Assembly (NCBI RefSeq): GCF_013365455.1
Contig: NZ_CP046578.1
Coordinates: 300,001-332,000, forward strand
Direction: 5' to 3'
From: Wolbachia endosymbiont of Dirofilaria (Dirofilaria) immitis
Lineage (GTDB): Bacteria > Pseudomonadota > Alphaproteobacteria > Rickettsiales > Anaplasmataceae
Length of the DNA stretch: 32,000 bases
This document shows positions 7,860-19,889 of this stretch, piece by piece. Below the pieces are notes generated by a model that ran no database searches, was not told the origin of the DNA, and saw only the letters and a list, made by a program, of their open reading frames with translations. Position 1 is the first letter of the stretch, and each line of letters begins with the position of its first letter. The position numbers were made by a program, and so were the translations under genes.

Positions 7860-10800
7860 TGGGAACTTTCTGAGATAAAACTATAGTGTGTAATGCTGAA
7901 ATCTAATTCTTATTATGCAATTACTTGGTTAAAATTGAGTTCCCTGGGTGGGGTGACAAAAAATTGTTTAATATATTTTTGTAGCTCCATTATTATTAGC
8001 AATAAGAATGTTTTTGGAATTAGAGTTTTTCTTTACTTGTAAGTTTTTCTGTTAAACGATAAAGTTCTATAGAAGTTTAATGTATTTTTACTTTAATGTG
8101 TACAAAAGTATACATATGCTCTTGTTGTATCTGCATTACATTTTTTCTGAATCTTAGGAGGTTCTGTATCTATAAGCTAACTTCTGTGTAGCTTCTCGTA
8201 CAGTCTATTATTTATATAGCTTAGTAGCGTTTTGCTAGTCTTATAAGTAAAGAGGTTTTTTTACAGTGGCCACATACATATGTAGGCGTTTATTTTGTTG
8301 AGATAGTTTGTACGAAAATGGTGTCGTGAGATGACTTACACTTGATAGTTTCAAAAAAAGTCTATTAAAAAGGAGGATTGTTATATCTACGATAATTTTA
8401 TCATCAACTTAAAGCTAAACTAGCTGCATTTCTGGTTCGGTTGGTGTCGGGTTATTGGTCCAGTAGGGTCTTGAGTTCTTTTTGGTGGATAAATTTAGTA
8501 ATGGAATATTTATAGCCTTGATACCAAACAAAAGGTAATGTATAGGTAAGATTAAAAAAACTTCAGGTTCATTCAACTTATGGTTAGGATAGTCTCCAAT
8601 TGTCTGTGGTACTGCTCATGTTATAAAGGAAATATTATTTGGATGTGGTAGTAGAAGAAGAGTAGGGTAACCGATTAAATAACATGAGAAAAATATGAGC
8701 ATTGAGTATAACTACTGTGTAATACTTGTAATTGTAGCCTGCAAAAAAGCAGTGGATGAATAAATTTAGGTAGGTACAAAAAAATAGCTGAGTTTTGATG
8801 AAATAGAATATGCTTTTTTGTACTGTTAATTGGAGGTGAGGGTGTGCTTCAGCTTGTAGAGGAATATTTTGTGTAGTTATCAAGGGTTTTCGTTTGGTGG
8901 ACTAATGTATAAGCTGGTTTTCAGTAGTGCGAAATATTAAGAGTATCAATACTATGACTAGATTCAGAAGAGTTTGTATATATAATATAAAAATACGGAA
9001 AAATTATGCAAGAAAAGATAAGTAGTAGCTGTTATATTTAATATAGACTAGTGATAAAGGGTGAATTGTGAAGTTATCTAAGAAGAGCAGTGTAATGCTT
9101 ACTTTAAATCAATTAAAGGGAAATTTGTCAAATATTGAGTAAATATAGTAATAGTTGATCAATTTGCACAAGCGGTTTTAAATATTAAGGATTGTAAAAT
9201 ATATCCTGAGTTGAATTTAAAGATGTGGTTCTACATCAGTTTCTGGTGATTATATGATGTAACAGAGGTAGTAGTAGTGAATTTCAAAAAATAGTAGCAG
9301 GAATCAACGATGTGGTACGTGGTTAGTGATTTAACGTTAATAAAATATAGAAGAATTAATATAATAAAGGATGTGAGATGAACTCTACCTAGAGCACTCT
9401 TGCTTAGTACAAAAGACAAGTGTTGGTAGAAAAATTTAACGAAGCCTATCGAAAGATATGAACAATCTTTTAAAGGGCTAATACAACAAATTTATAAAAT
9501 ATTATACAAACATTGTCAAAAGGGAGTGAAATGGGAAAACTTATTACTAAGTTTAAACTTACATGTCTACTAAATTATAAATTAAAAGATGTTCAAGGTA
9601 ATTATCCTGTAGTTATAGAACTAGCTGAACTTGTAAAGTGAATAGAACCTTAACTGGAAAAGAAGTAGCAGTATCTATGCTATGCTGATTTTGAAGTAAG
9701 TATCATTTATATAGTTGCTGGCACAACGTGTGATGGGCTTTAGTATTATGAATACATTAATAAATATAGGTTTGTGTAGATGTTTATTCCTTGCTTACTG
9801 GTGGTTTAAACTCTTCTTTTGGTTTTATTCTACAGAAGGTGTAGTCAATGATTTGAATAATGGAGTCAAGTGTGTTTATTTCTGTGATTATTTAAGGGGT
9901 AAAATAACAGTAGGTGTACAGTAGAAAAACATAGAAAAGTGGTAGATTAGAGTTTACATAAATCCGGTAGTAGAACAAGGGACTACTAAAAGTAGAGAAA
10001 ATGTGGGTTACTAGATATGAATTCTTACTTGTATCAGCAAAACTATCATAAAAAAGATAGATTTTGTACTATATTAAAGTTAGTATTGTAATCTTTGCTT
10101 AGTTAGTGAGGAAGAGAGCTGAAAAGAAGTGACACTTTTTATTTCTAGTAGCAGTAAGGATTGTAAACCCATTATAAACATAAGTAAATAATCTGTTTAT
10201 GGATATGTAATTGGGTATACTAGTGAGAGAGTTGCAGTAGTGTTGAGTTTTAGTGAGCTATTTGTTATGAGTTCAATTGTGAGTTTAGAGCTGATTTAAA
10301 AAAAGAGATAATGAAACTTCGAAGTGCAAGCTTATATATAAGTATAAGCTTAGCAACTTAATTAGAAAGTGGTAAGATACTAAAGAATGTAAATACACTG
10401 CAGGTGAAAAAATTTTGCTATGCTGCTTGTCGATTCGACAGTATGCTTTTAAAGCATGCAGCCAGAAAAATGGCTTTTTCTTTAAAGCGTTAACTTGTGT
10501 AATTTATTTGATAACACAGAGGCATAAACTTGATCTTGAATTAAAATTAGATGCTTACGATAAAGTATTGAAATTCGCATTTTAGCTTCATTACTTAATA
10601 TTTAAAATCTGCTCTGCTAACTTAAATCATATCTCTCAATTTTTTGATTATTGTTAATAAAAAAGCTAATGATTTAAGCTGTACCATCTATAGAGGTACG
10701 ATCTTAAATGAATTTTTAGTCGCTTAGATTTTTCTGACTTTTTAGCACTTTCATAAGTTTTGAGCAAAAGTAGCTATCTAATCTTACTAGACGTTTTTTT

Positions 10801-11515
10801 CTTTGCTCATATGCTAATAACTCCTCTTCTCCGACTAGTTAAACTTACTTATCTCTTTATAAGCTTGTTTTTATTATTAAGTTGTTGCTTAATATTTTTT
10901 TAGGCCCTCTTATTTTTAGCTACATATCAAAAAATAAGACCACTTTTCTATTATATTTCTTGATAGCTCTCTTTTATGAATTTCAGTAGCTCATAAATAC
11001 AAAATAAAAGTCTTTAAGTCATATTCATTAATATTCTCATTCTGAATAGTGTGGTTTGATTTATAGTTAGGCCTTATCTAGAAAAGTAATGCAATCAGTA
11101 ACAACTATGAGGTAATTTCCTTGAAGTTTATGGTAATTGTCTCTTGGTCTACTTGATTTAAGTGAATTTTAGCTCGTATAATATTGAGGACGCTTTCAAG
11201 ACTTCTTAATCCTAGTGAGTTGGATTTCTGCTACGTATATAAAGCCTGGAAAAACTTTATAAGAAACATTAATGGTGCCTTGCTTTTTAGTAACAATTTA
11301 GGAGTCTAGGAATAGTAGCTAAAATTCAACGTTAGGTTGCAGTTAAGCTAGTAACGCCTAAAATGCCGTTCAAGAAAGAATGAGAGTGTCTTTATTTTTC
11401 TCAGTGTCAAGAAAATATTCTTGTTGGTATAGTAGTTATTATACGTATTAAGAAGCTTCAAAGGTCCATATGAGAATTATTAAAATTCCTTACGTTGTAT
11501 ATCCTCAATTAATAA

Positions 11516-11659
11516 TTATTTAATAATTTGTTGTTTAGCTTTACTAATGTTATTATAAGAAACGCTGTTGCTAAATTTTGTAAAATTTATTACCCTATGG
11601 TTTCAAGCCAGGATGAGCTTGTTAGAAGCATATATAATGTGTTTGTGAGTAAAGATTAA
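11516..11659 (+). other. short open frame abutting ppdK (47 codons, no Met near its start)
   Basis: LFNNLLFSFTNVIIRNAVAKFCKIYYPMVSSQDELVRSIYNVFVSKD*. Its TAA (11657-11659) is immediately followed by the ppdK ATG (11660). Confidence 0.25.
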
Positions 11660-14323
11660 ATGAGAGAAAAGTTAATATATTACTTTAGCCGAGGCAAGTG
11701 TGAAGGCAGTGCAGAAATGAAGAATCTGCTAGGAGGAAAAGGTGCAAATTTAGCGGAAATGTGTAACGTTGGTATTCCTGTTCCACCTGGTTTTACAATT
11801 CCAACCTCTGCTTGTAAGCAGGGGTTATCTGATAATTTACGTGATGAAATTAAAAAGTACATGGTAATGCTCGAAAGTGATGTTGGTTGTAAATTTGGAG
11901 GCTCAGGAAATCCTTTACTGGTTTCTATACGTTCTGGCAGTGTAAGTTCAATGCCAGGTATGCTTGATACAATTTTGAATGTTGGCCTAAATGACGCAAC
12001 TGTTGTTGGGCTTGCAAAAAAAAGTGGAGAACGCTTTGCCTATGATAGCTACTGTCGTTTCATCATGATGTACTCAAGTGTTGTGCTGCAGCTTGACTAT
12101 CACTTATTCCAGAGTGTTATTGATGACGAGCGACAAAGGAAAGGAGTAAAAGGTTTATCTGATTTTGATGTTGACGTTTTAAAGAGGGTTGTCAACGATT
12201 TTGGGAGAATAGTATATGAAAAAACTGATAAACATTTTCCGCAAAGTGTTGAAGAACAGTTATTCAGCTCAGTGAATGCAGTATTTTCTTCTTGGCAGAA
12301 TGACAGGGCTGTTTCCTATAGAAGGATAAATAATATTCCTGAGACCTTTGGAACCGCAGTTAATGTGCAAGCAATGGTTTTTGGTAATTTAAATAATAAT
12401 TCTGCAACTGGTGTGATATTTACACGTAATCCTTCAACCGGAGCAAAGAAATTTTTTGGTGAATTTTTGGTTAATGCTCAAGGCGAAGATGTGGTCTCTG
12501 GTGTTTACACTCCTATGTCAGTTAATGGGGAGCAAGAAAATACCATGGAGAAATTGATGCCAAGCGTGTACCGAGAATTGTGTGATGTATGTAAAAAACT
12601 TGAAGTGCATTATAAAGATATGCAAGACGTTGAATTTACTGTTCAGGATGGTAAGTTATGGATTTTACAGACTAGATCTGGCAAACGCACAGCTGAAGCT
12701 ACTGTCCGTATAATAGTTGATATGGTAAGCGAAGGAGTGATTACAAAAGGAGAAGGAATATTAAGAATTAATCCAAAAATTCTTGATAGTTTATTGCATC
12801 CAGTTCTTGATATTAAAAGTGATCAAAAAATAATAGGGAAGGGACTGCCAGCTTCTCCAGGTGTTGCTTCAGGGTATGTAGTATTTAATGCAAATGACGC
12901 AGAAAAAGCTGTGGAGCAAGGTAAAAAAGCAGTTTTAGTAAGATCAGAGACAAGTTCTGAGGATATTGATGGGATGAATGCTGCAAGTGGTATAATAACA
13001 GCACGGGGAGGGATGACTTCGCATGCTGCTGTTGTTACAAGAGGAATGGGTAAACCGTGCATTTGTAGTGTAAATGGACTTTATCTTGATAAAGGTGGAA
13101 ATTTCTTTTCTGTAGGGAATGTAAAAGTAAATAAAGGTGAGCCAATTACTATCAATGGAGGGACAGGTGAGGTAATGCTTGGTATTCTTCCTACAATTTT
13201 ACCTGAGTTATCACAGGAATTTAAAACGATAATTAACTGGGTAGATGGAATTAAAACGATTAAGATAAGGGCGAATGCTGATACTCCAAAGGATGCAAAG
13301 ATTGCTAAAGAATTTGGCGCGGAAGGTATAGGATTATGTCGCACGGAGCATATGTTTTTTGTTCGTGATAGGATTGAGTTTATTCAAAAATTGATAATAG
13401 CTGATGACAAAAATGAAAGAGCAAGTGTATTAAGTAAATTGGAAGAAATGCAAAAGTCTGATTTTAAAGAGATATTTTCTATTATGGAGGGCAGAGAGAT
13501 CACTATACGTTTACTTGATCCACCTCTACATGAATTTTTACCTAATGATCAATCTGTTATAGAAGGAATTGCTAAGTCGCTAGATAAGCCTGTTGAGTTA
13601 ATAAAAAACAAAATAGCACAGTTATCAGAAAAAAATCCAATGCTTGGTCACAGAGGGTGTAGACTTGCCATTTCTCACCCTGAAATATATAGCATGCAAA
13701 TTAGGGCGATACTCAATGCTGCAAATGAGTTAAAAGAAGAGAAAAAGGTGGAAGTTATGCCTGAAATTATGATTCCTTTTATCATGGACGAGAAAGAGTT
13801 TATTTTGATATGTGAGTTGATAAAAAAAGAATCTTCTATTATCTCAGCTGAAATCCAGGCGCAGATTCCAGTATCATGTGCTGAAATGACACCAGGCAAG
13901 GCTTATTCAATTGGAACGATGATAGAGCTACCACGAGCAGCACTTATTGCTGATAAGTTAGCGCAACATGCAGAATTTTTTAGTTTTGGCACTAATGATT
14001 TAACGCAAACAACCATGGGACTTTCAAGAGATGATTCAGTAAATTTTCTTGATTCTTATAAGGAAAACAATATCTTCGGGAATGATCCATTTGAAGTACT
14101 AGATGTTGAAGGGGTAGGTGAGTTAATTAGAATAGCTACTGAGAAGGGTAAAAAAATGCGAAAAGAGATTAAGCTTGGTGTATGCGGGGAGCATGGTGCA
14201 GATCCACAATCTATAGAATTCTTTATTAAATCAGGTGTGGATTACGTTTCATGTTCACCTTATAGAGTGCCGGTTGCAAAGTTAGTGGCAGCACAGTTTA
14301 GTGTTAAATCTAAAATGTATTAG
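11660..14323 (+). CDS. ppdK: pyruvate, phosphate dikinase
   Basis: LLGGKGANLAEMCNVGIPVPPGFTI, GGMTSHAAVVTRGMGKPCICS (phospho-His region), IGLCRTEHMFF, FFSFGTNDLTQTTMG, GVCGEHGADP. Confidence 0.98.
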   Translation: MREKLIYYFSRGKCEGSAEMKNLLGGKGANLAEMCNVGIPVPPGFTIPTSACKQGLSDNLRDEIKKYMVMLESDVGCKFGGSGNPLLVSIRSGSVSSMPGMLDTILNVGLNDATVVGLAKKSGERFAYDSYCRFIMMYSSVVLQLDYHLFQSVIDDERQRKGVKGLSDFDVDVLKRVVNDFGRIVYEKTDKHFPQSVEEQLFSSVNAVFSSWQNDRAVSYRRINNIPETFGTAVNVQAMVFGNLNNNSATGVIFTRNPSTGAKKFFGEFLVNAQGEDVVSGVYTPMSVNGEQENTMEKLMPSVYRELCDVCKKLEVHYKDMQDVEFTVQDGKLWILQTRSGKRTAEATVRIIVDMVSEGVITKGEGILRINPKILDSLLHPVLDIKSDQKIIGKGLPASPGVASGYVVFNANDAEKAVEQGKKAVLVRSETSSEDIDGMNAASGIITARGGMTSHAAVVTRGMGKPCICSVNGLYLDKGGNFFSVGNVKVNKGEPITINGGTGEVMLGILPTILPELSQEFKTIINWVDGIKTIKIRANADTPKDAKIAKEFGAEGIGLCRTEHMFFVRDRIEFIQKLIIADDKNERASVLSKLEEMQKSDFKEIFSIMEGREITIRLLDPPLHEFLPNDQSVIEGIAKSLDKPVELIKNKIAQLSEKNPMLGHRGCRLAISHPEIYSMQIRAILNAANELKEEKKVEVMPEIMIPFIMDEKEFILICELIKKESSIISAEIQAQIPVSCAEMTPGKAYSIGTMIELPRAALIADKLAQHAEFFSFGTNDLTQTTMGLSRDDSVNFLDSYKENNIFGNDPFEVLDVEGVGELIRIATEKGKKMRKEIKLGVCGEHGADPQSIEFFIKSGVDYVSCSPYRVPVAKLVAAQFSVKSKMY

Positions 14324-15949
14324 ATGAATTGGATTTTAGTGTTACGTGTTTGAAGTATGCTTTTTCTAATCTTTCAAATCACAAAATTTGTGCAATTTTC
14401 TGGATTTACATATTCGATCTTATTTTTTCTCATCTTCCTATAACTTTTGATAGTGTAGAGTTTTTTTACATTTAATTCGTAGCTATTAGAGCTAAAACAG
14501 TGACAATACTTGTAACTCACCTGTGTCAAGCAACAGATGAAATTATTATATCGAAATAAATAATCATATAATAATACTACAACATATCTTTTGTTTTTAT
14601 TGCACTTAATTTCTTTATATGTTGAGTAGAAAAGATTGAGCTTCTGTAAAGCTATTAGTTTTATTGCTGCTTAATATAGCAGTGAAACTATATTTGTTTT
14701 TCTGCTAGTATAGAAGGTATTGGTTTATTACCAATATTCTCTTTACTGCTGCAGGATTATTTTTTGTAAGAGCAGTACAGAATACATAAATCCTTTAATT
14801 TAATTGTTAATATAATCCATGCAATTCTTCTTTAGGATTTAGCTATGATTAGTCTACATTAATATTTTACAGTAGCGTATACTTAGAACATCAATATTGC
14901 TATTATCAGTATGAGAAATAACAGAGCCTAATATAGGTTCGTTCTTCTGATTTTTCATCTTTGATTGCATACTCTATCATGCGTTTTCCAGATCAATACT
15001 TTGCTTACACTTGCTCTGAAAGCTGATTTTTCCTATTCAAGTCCTGCTGTTAGCTTTCAAAGCTAAATTTAGTTTATCGTTCTAGCTATGTGAATAGAAT
15101 CATCTTGTGAACCATTCTAGAACGGTAACTTGACTAGTGCTGGCAGTTTTGTGGCTTATTGGGTTCTATCTATTATTTTTTGAATCTGGTGTGTTTTGAC
15201 TTCTCTTTTTTATTTATTGTTGATCTAAGCAGTGCAGTCATTGCATAGGTCGAGATATATATGGTTAAATTAGATTTTAGAAATCTAATTTAACTTAGAG
15301 CCTATTCTAAAATCTTTCTTTGTATCAGTTTTTAGTAATATGTGTCATCTATATATTTCAAGAGTAGTTTAGTTATTGAATTATTACCACTTACAATGGC
15401 TTATTCAGAATATTAACTCTTCTTTCTTTATTGGATCCACCTTTATCTAAGAGTATATCTTTTATAGTTTAGGTTTGTTTTTTTTTTGAAAAACCTTATC
15501 TAGCTGCTTGTATCAAATGGTTTTGCTTAATATCTCTGGTTTTCTTTTATGATTTATGTAACCTGAGAGATCTTAACACTGACTTGACGGTCATCTTTAT
15601 CAATAGCATTATCGAAGTATTAAGTGTTTTTTTCATTTTTATTGAATTTATCATTGTCTAGGAATATCCTTTAAAAGGTCGGCTTCTTTATTATAGCATA
15701 GCCTAATAGAGTATTAGAAGCAATATTCTTAGTATTGTAATTACTGGTATAGTTACCTTGAGTGAAATGCAATTTTTTTTCATCTGTTTCTTTCTCTTGT
15801 ATTAGTTTTTTATAAAACTACTAAGCAGTTATCTTAGAGTTTTAAGTTACAATTTTCTTGTCTTTTCATAAGTTAAGCTAGCACTTGTGTTAGATCTTGC
15901 AACCTCAGATGGTACAATATATATTAGATACTTGTTTCTTGAATGAATA

Positions 15950-16879
15950 ATGGAAGATTTAGCTTATAAATTAATCAAAGTGACTGAAGCTGCAGCACTT
16001 GCTGCACATAAGTTTGTAGGCTCAGGTGATGAAAAAAAGGCCGATCAGGTTGCAGTTGATGCAATGCGGACAGTTCTGAATTCCATAGAAATAAATGGCA
16101 CAATTGTGATTGGCGAAGGTGAAAGAGATAAAGCGCCGATGTTGTATGTTGGAGAAAAGGTTGGTACAGGGTATGGTCCTGAGATTGACATTGCTGTTGA
16201 CCCACTTGAAGGCACCACAATTTGTGCTCATTACAAACAAGGAGCGATGTCTGTCCTTGCTGCAACAAAGAAGAATAATTTTTTGCATGCGCCTGATGTT
16301 TATATGGAAAAGATAGCAGTAGGAAGAGATCTCCCAGAAGGCGTAGTTTCACTAAGAAATAGTGTTGAAGAAAATTTGGATAATCTAGCTAAGGCGAAGG
16401 GGTGTAGAGTAAGTAATCTTGTGGTAACTGTACTTAAACGTGAAAGGCATAATGAATTAATAACAAAAATTAGGAAGTTAGGAGCGAAGGTTAAACTGAT
16501 AGATGATGGTGATATTGCCGCTGTAATTTTGCTAATGAATGGCAATCATGATATGTATATTGGAATAGGAGGAGCACCAGAAGGAGTATTAACAGCTGCA
16601 GCACTCAGCTCAATCGGTGGACAGATAGAGGGAAGATTAATATTTAATACGGATCAGTTAAAAGAGAGAGCAAGAAGTTTAAATATTAATGATCTAGAAA
16701 AAATTTATACTATAAAAGATATAGTAAAAGGTGAATCAGTGTTCATTGTAACTGGAGTAACAAATGGAGAACTTGTAGATGGAGTTAAATTTAGTCATAA
16801 TGCCTGTTCGATTCATTCTTTAGTAGCTCTACCTGGTATGCTGGTAAAGTTGCAAACGACACAAAATTTATGCAGGTAG
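15950..16879 (+). CDS. glpX: class II fructose-1,6-bisphosphatase
   Basis: TIVIGEGERDKAPMLYVGEKVG, IDIAVDPLEGTT, GIGGAPEGVLTAAAL signatures. Confidence 0.95.
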   Translation: MEDLAYKLIKVTEAAALAAHKFVGSGDEKKADQVAVDAMRTVLNSIEINGTIVIGEGERDKAPMLYVGEKVGTGYGPEIDIAVDPLEGTTICAHYKQGAMSVLAATKKNNFLHAPDVYMEKIAVGRDLPEGVVSLRNSVEENLDNLAKAKGCRVSNLVVTVLKRERHNELITKIRKLGAKVKLIDDGDIAAVILLMNGNHDMYIGIGGAPEGVLTAAALSSIGGQIEGRLIFNTDQLKERARSLNINDLEKIYTIKDIVKGESVFIVTGVTNGELVDGVKFSHNACSIHSLVALPGMLVKLQTTQNLCR

Positions 16880-17902
16880 TGTTATAAGCCTAAACTTTAG
16901 CTTTATAGTATCCTGATACTAGATGTGTTGCTTACTATCTGATAGCTTCATGGTAGTGTAATGTTAAAGCCATCAAGGGTACTTTTTGAAAGAAGTTAGT
17001 TGTGCAAGAGTTTTTTTGAGACGATTATAAGTTTGGTGGTGATCTCGAAATACTAATTGTATTAGATGTTATAGATAAAGATAGAAAGGTAGATCTATTT
17101 AATAATAGTAGTAAAATATTATAGAGATAATAAAAATATTTTAAGGTTATGGAAGCTATCGGAAATAGGTGATTGGATCTTCTTCTTAAAGAAAAAATGT
17201 GGTATTTAAACCAAAGGGCAATTCGTAATAGGAATAAACGTGTTTTTAAATTAGAGTTAGCACAGGAGAGATGTGAGAGAAACTTTTTGAATAAGAGATT
17301 TTCTTGATTCTAGTTATTTTCTTTAATGTGATTTCAAGCAACGTGCTAAGGATTAAGCTCTAGTGTTCATAGAAATCTTAATGTTAACGTTATTCAACTT
17401 AAGTAAGCTTTAGAAATCAATGGTTTTTTCAGTGAAAAGGTTAAAAGAAATAGAAAGAGAGGAAAGTGAAATAAAAATTACATAGTGATGGTGAAAAATA
17501 GTAGCAATGTAAAAGAATGATAAGTGGTAGAAAAGTTATTGCTTTGCAAGGTTTATAGTGTTCAATGTTGAGATTAGTTGATATTAGGTAAATCTAGGAA
17601 AGATTTTAATTGTACCATTGTTCTAGATATAAGTTTTAGTTAAATCGGTATTAAAATCAGCTAGGTAAATCGAACCTATCCCCTTAAGGGGGTGAAGCTT
17701 TGCATAGAGTTTTAGAATGATATCTAAAATAGGTGTTATATATATAAGGTTATATATAAGAAAGAAAAAAAAAGTTTACATTCTGCAAGAGAATGCATTG
17801 TATTTGGCTCTGGTATATCTAATTCTACTATTGATGAAGGATAACTGAGAAGGTAAGGTTTTTTCTTCTCAAAAAAAGAAGCTACTGCTAATATCAGGTC
17901 TG

Positions 17903-19003
17903 CTACACGTTAAACCTAAAGTGCATTATATCACCATCTTGTACAATGTAATCTCTACCTTCGAAGCGAATTTTGCCTGCGTTTTTGCAAGCTGATTCGC
18001 TTCCATATTTTATATGGTCTGTGAAGCTTATAGTTTCTGCTTTTACAAAACCTTTCTCAAAATCAGTATGAATTGTACCTGCTGCTTTATCAGCTGTTGA
18101 TCCTATCTTTATTGGCCAAGCGCGTGCTTCTTTTGGCCCTACAGTAAAGAAAGTTATCATGCTCAGCATTTCATTATATATGATACGCGCTATTCCATCA
18201 AGCCCTGATTCTTGTAAGCCAAACTCTGATAAGAGACTCTGTTTTTCTTTTTCGTCTGCAAGATTTGCGATATCTGCTTCAAGTTTTGCTGAAATACAGT
18301 AAAATTTACTCTTGTTCTCTTCTGCTATTTTTTCTACCTTTTTAGAAAGTTCATTACCAGTTATAACACTTGTATCTTCAATGTTGCAGACATATATAAT
18401 GGGCTTTGTCGTCAGTAATTGAAGTGATTTTGCTTCAGCTTTATCTATGTTTCTTAAACTTCTTGCAGGCTTACCGAGTTTCAAAATAACTAAAATCTCC
18501 TGCATTAAATCTAGTTGTCTCTTCAGCTCTTTACTACCCTGTTTTTTTGCTTTTCTTTCCAGTTTAGGTAATCTTTTTTCTATGCTATCAATGTCAGCTA
18601 GGATTAATTCCATCTCTACTATTTCAGCATCTGATATTGGATCTATTTTATTATATATATGGCTGATATTGTCATCCGTAAAGCACCTAAGTAAGTGAAT
18701 AATGGCATCGACTTCTCTGATGTAACTTAGAAACCTGTTACCGAGTCCTTTGCCTTTGCTTGCACCTCTTACTAAACCTGCGATATCTATGACTTCTAAC
18801 TGATTATAGATTATCTTTTCTGAGTTAGCTATTGCTGCGATTTGCTTCAAGCGCTGATCTTTTATTGGTACTTTACCAATATTGGGTTCTATTGTACAGA
18901 AAGAATAATTTGCTACTTCAGCTATGGTTGATTGTGTGAGTACATTGAATAAAGTTGATTTTCCTATGTTTGGTAATCCTACTATGCCACAGTTAAAGTT
19001 CAT
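17903..19003 (-). CDS. ychF: redox-regulated ATPase YchF (Obg-family GTPase-like)
   Basis: GIVGLPNIGKSTLFNVLT, DIAGLVRGASKGKGLGNRFLSYIREVDAI, TFFTVGPKEARAWPIKIGSTADKAAGTIHTDFEKGFVKAE. Confidence 0.98.
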   Translation of the reverse strand: MNFNCGIVGLPNIGKSTLFNVLTQSTIAEVANYSFCTIEPNIGKVPIKDQRLKQIAAIANSEKIIYNQLEVIDIAGLVRGASKGKGLGNRFLSYIREVDAIIHLLRCFTDDNISHIYNKIDPISDAEIVEMELILADIDSIEKRLPKLERKAKKQGSKELKRQLDLMQEILVILKLGKPARSLRNIDKAEAKSLQLLTTKPIIYVCNIEDTSVITGNELSKKVEKIAEENKSKFYCISAKLEADIANLADEKEKQSLLSEFGLQESGLDGIARIIYNEMLSMITFFTVGPKEARAWPIKIGSTADKAAGTIHTDFEKGFVKAETISFTDHIKYGSESACKNAGKIRFEGRDYIVQDGDIMHFRFNV

Positions 19004-19889
19004 ATTCTCTATAAAATTATAATTATTGTGTAATTTAAAAGTTTTTGCTACATTTAGCTTTTTAGGAAGAGAAAATATTACTGTAGCTAATAAGCGGAAA
19101 TTATCAAGTAGCTTTATAAGATTAAAAACGAGGAAAGCCGAGGAGCTTAAGGAAAGAGGTGGTCTTCTTTTAAATAAATATTCCTTACTCTAGTAGATTT
19201 CTCTATATGGGAAAAGAAATTTACTAATAAAAGTTACTTTTTTGTTTTATTTAAGTGTAGTATGGAGTAGCAAACAGAAATGCAGTTAAAGGGAAGGTTA
19301 TAAGAGATTTGTATAGAATAATCGGTGATTTGTAAATACAATCGTCAGTGAATTTAATAAAATTATATGGATGAAGTTGCATATTGTAGAGAATTGAAGC
19401 AAGTTAGGCTGTTTTTGTATCAATTAATAGATGGTGCAGGTCCAGAAAGTACAGGTAAATACAATAAGGCTGATTATAATGAGTGATATCTTTTGCATAT
19501 ATGCAATAAAGGTATGTTTGATAAAGATGGAAGTTTAATAAAATAAGAACAGGAAGAATTCTATTAGTAAAAAAAAGCTTTAGTTAAATGGATCTATAGG
19601 AAGAGAAGGTTAAAGAGTATGTAAAGGGTGGAATGTTGGGCAAAAAATGCTAATGAATAAATAGATAGTGTTGTAAGGCAAGGTAAGACAGTACATAAAA
19701 TACTTTGAAGAGTAAAACCTTTTTTTTTGACTACATCATACAGTGTGGAAGAATTAAAAGCGCTATTTTATTAGCAGCAGTTAGTGTTTTATAGTTCTAA
19801 TCTTCATAGCTATGTGTATTCTTTTGTATAAGACTTTCTGAGGCATTTTATTATATAGTATGAGCTGTAACGTTATAATACTGACCTAA

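Noticed and set aside
8635-8883. 82-aa minus ORF and neighbouring 9231-9419 and 9715-9924 ORFs in the large spacer
   Set aside because: No recognisable domain, low-complexity Phe/Tyr/Thr-rich translation, and length achievable by chance. Not called as genes.
12823-13899. Antisense ORFs 12823-13062, 13081-13344 and 13675-13899 inside ppdK, plus similar ones in rpsB, glpX, ychF, mrp, purA and dnaA
   Set aside because: Byproducts of codon usage on the opposite strand of conserved genes.
16022-16352. Several ORFs on both strands overlapping the glpX 5' half
   Set aside because: glpX accounts for the region. The others have no family resemblance.
17688-17704. CCCCTTAAGGGG palindrome as regulatory site or rho-independent terminator
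   Set aside because: Only a 12-bp loopless palindrome with no T-tract and no gene end close enough to support a terminator call.
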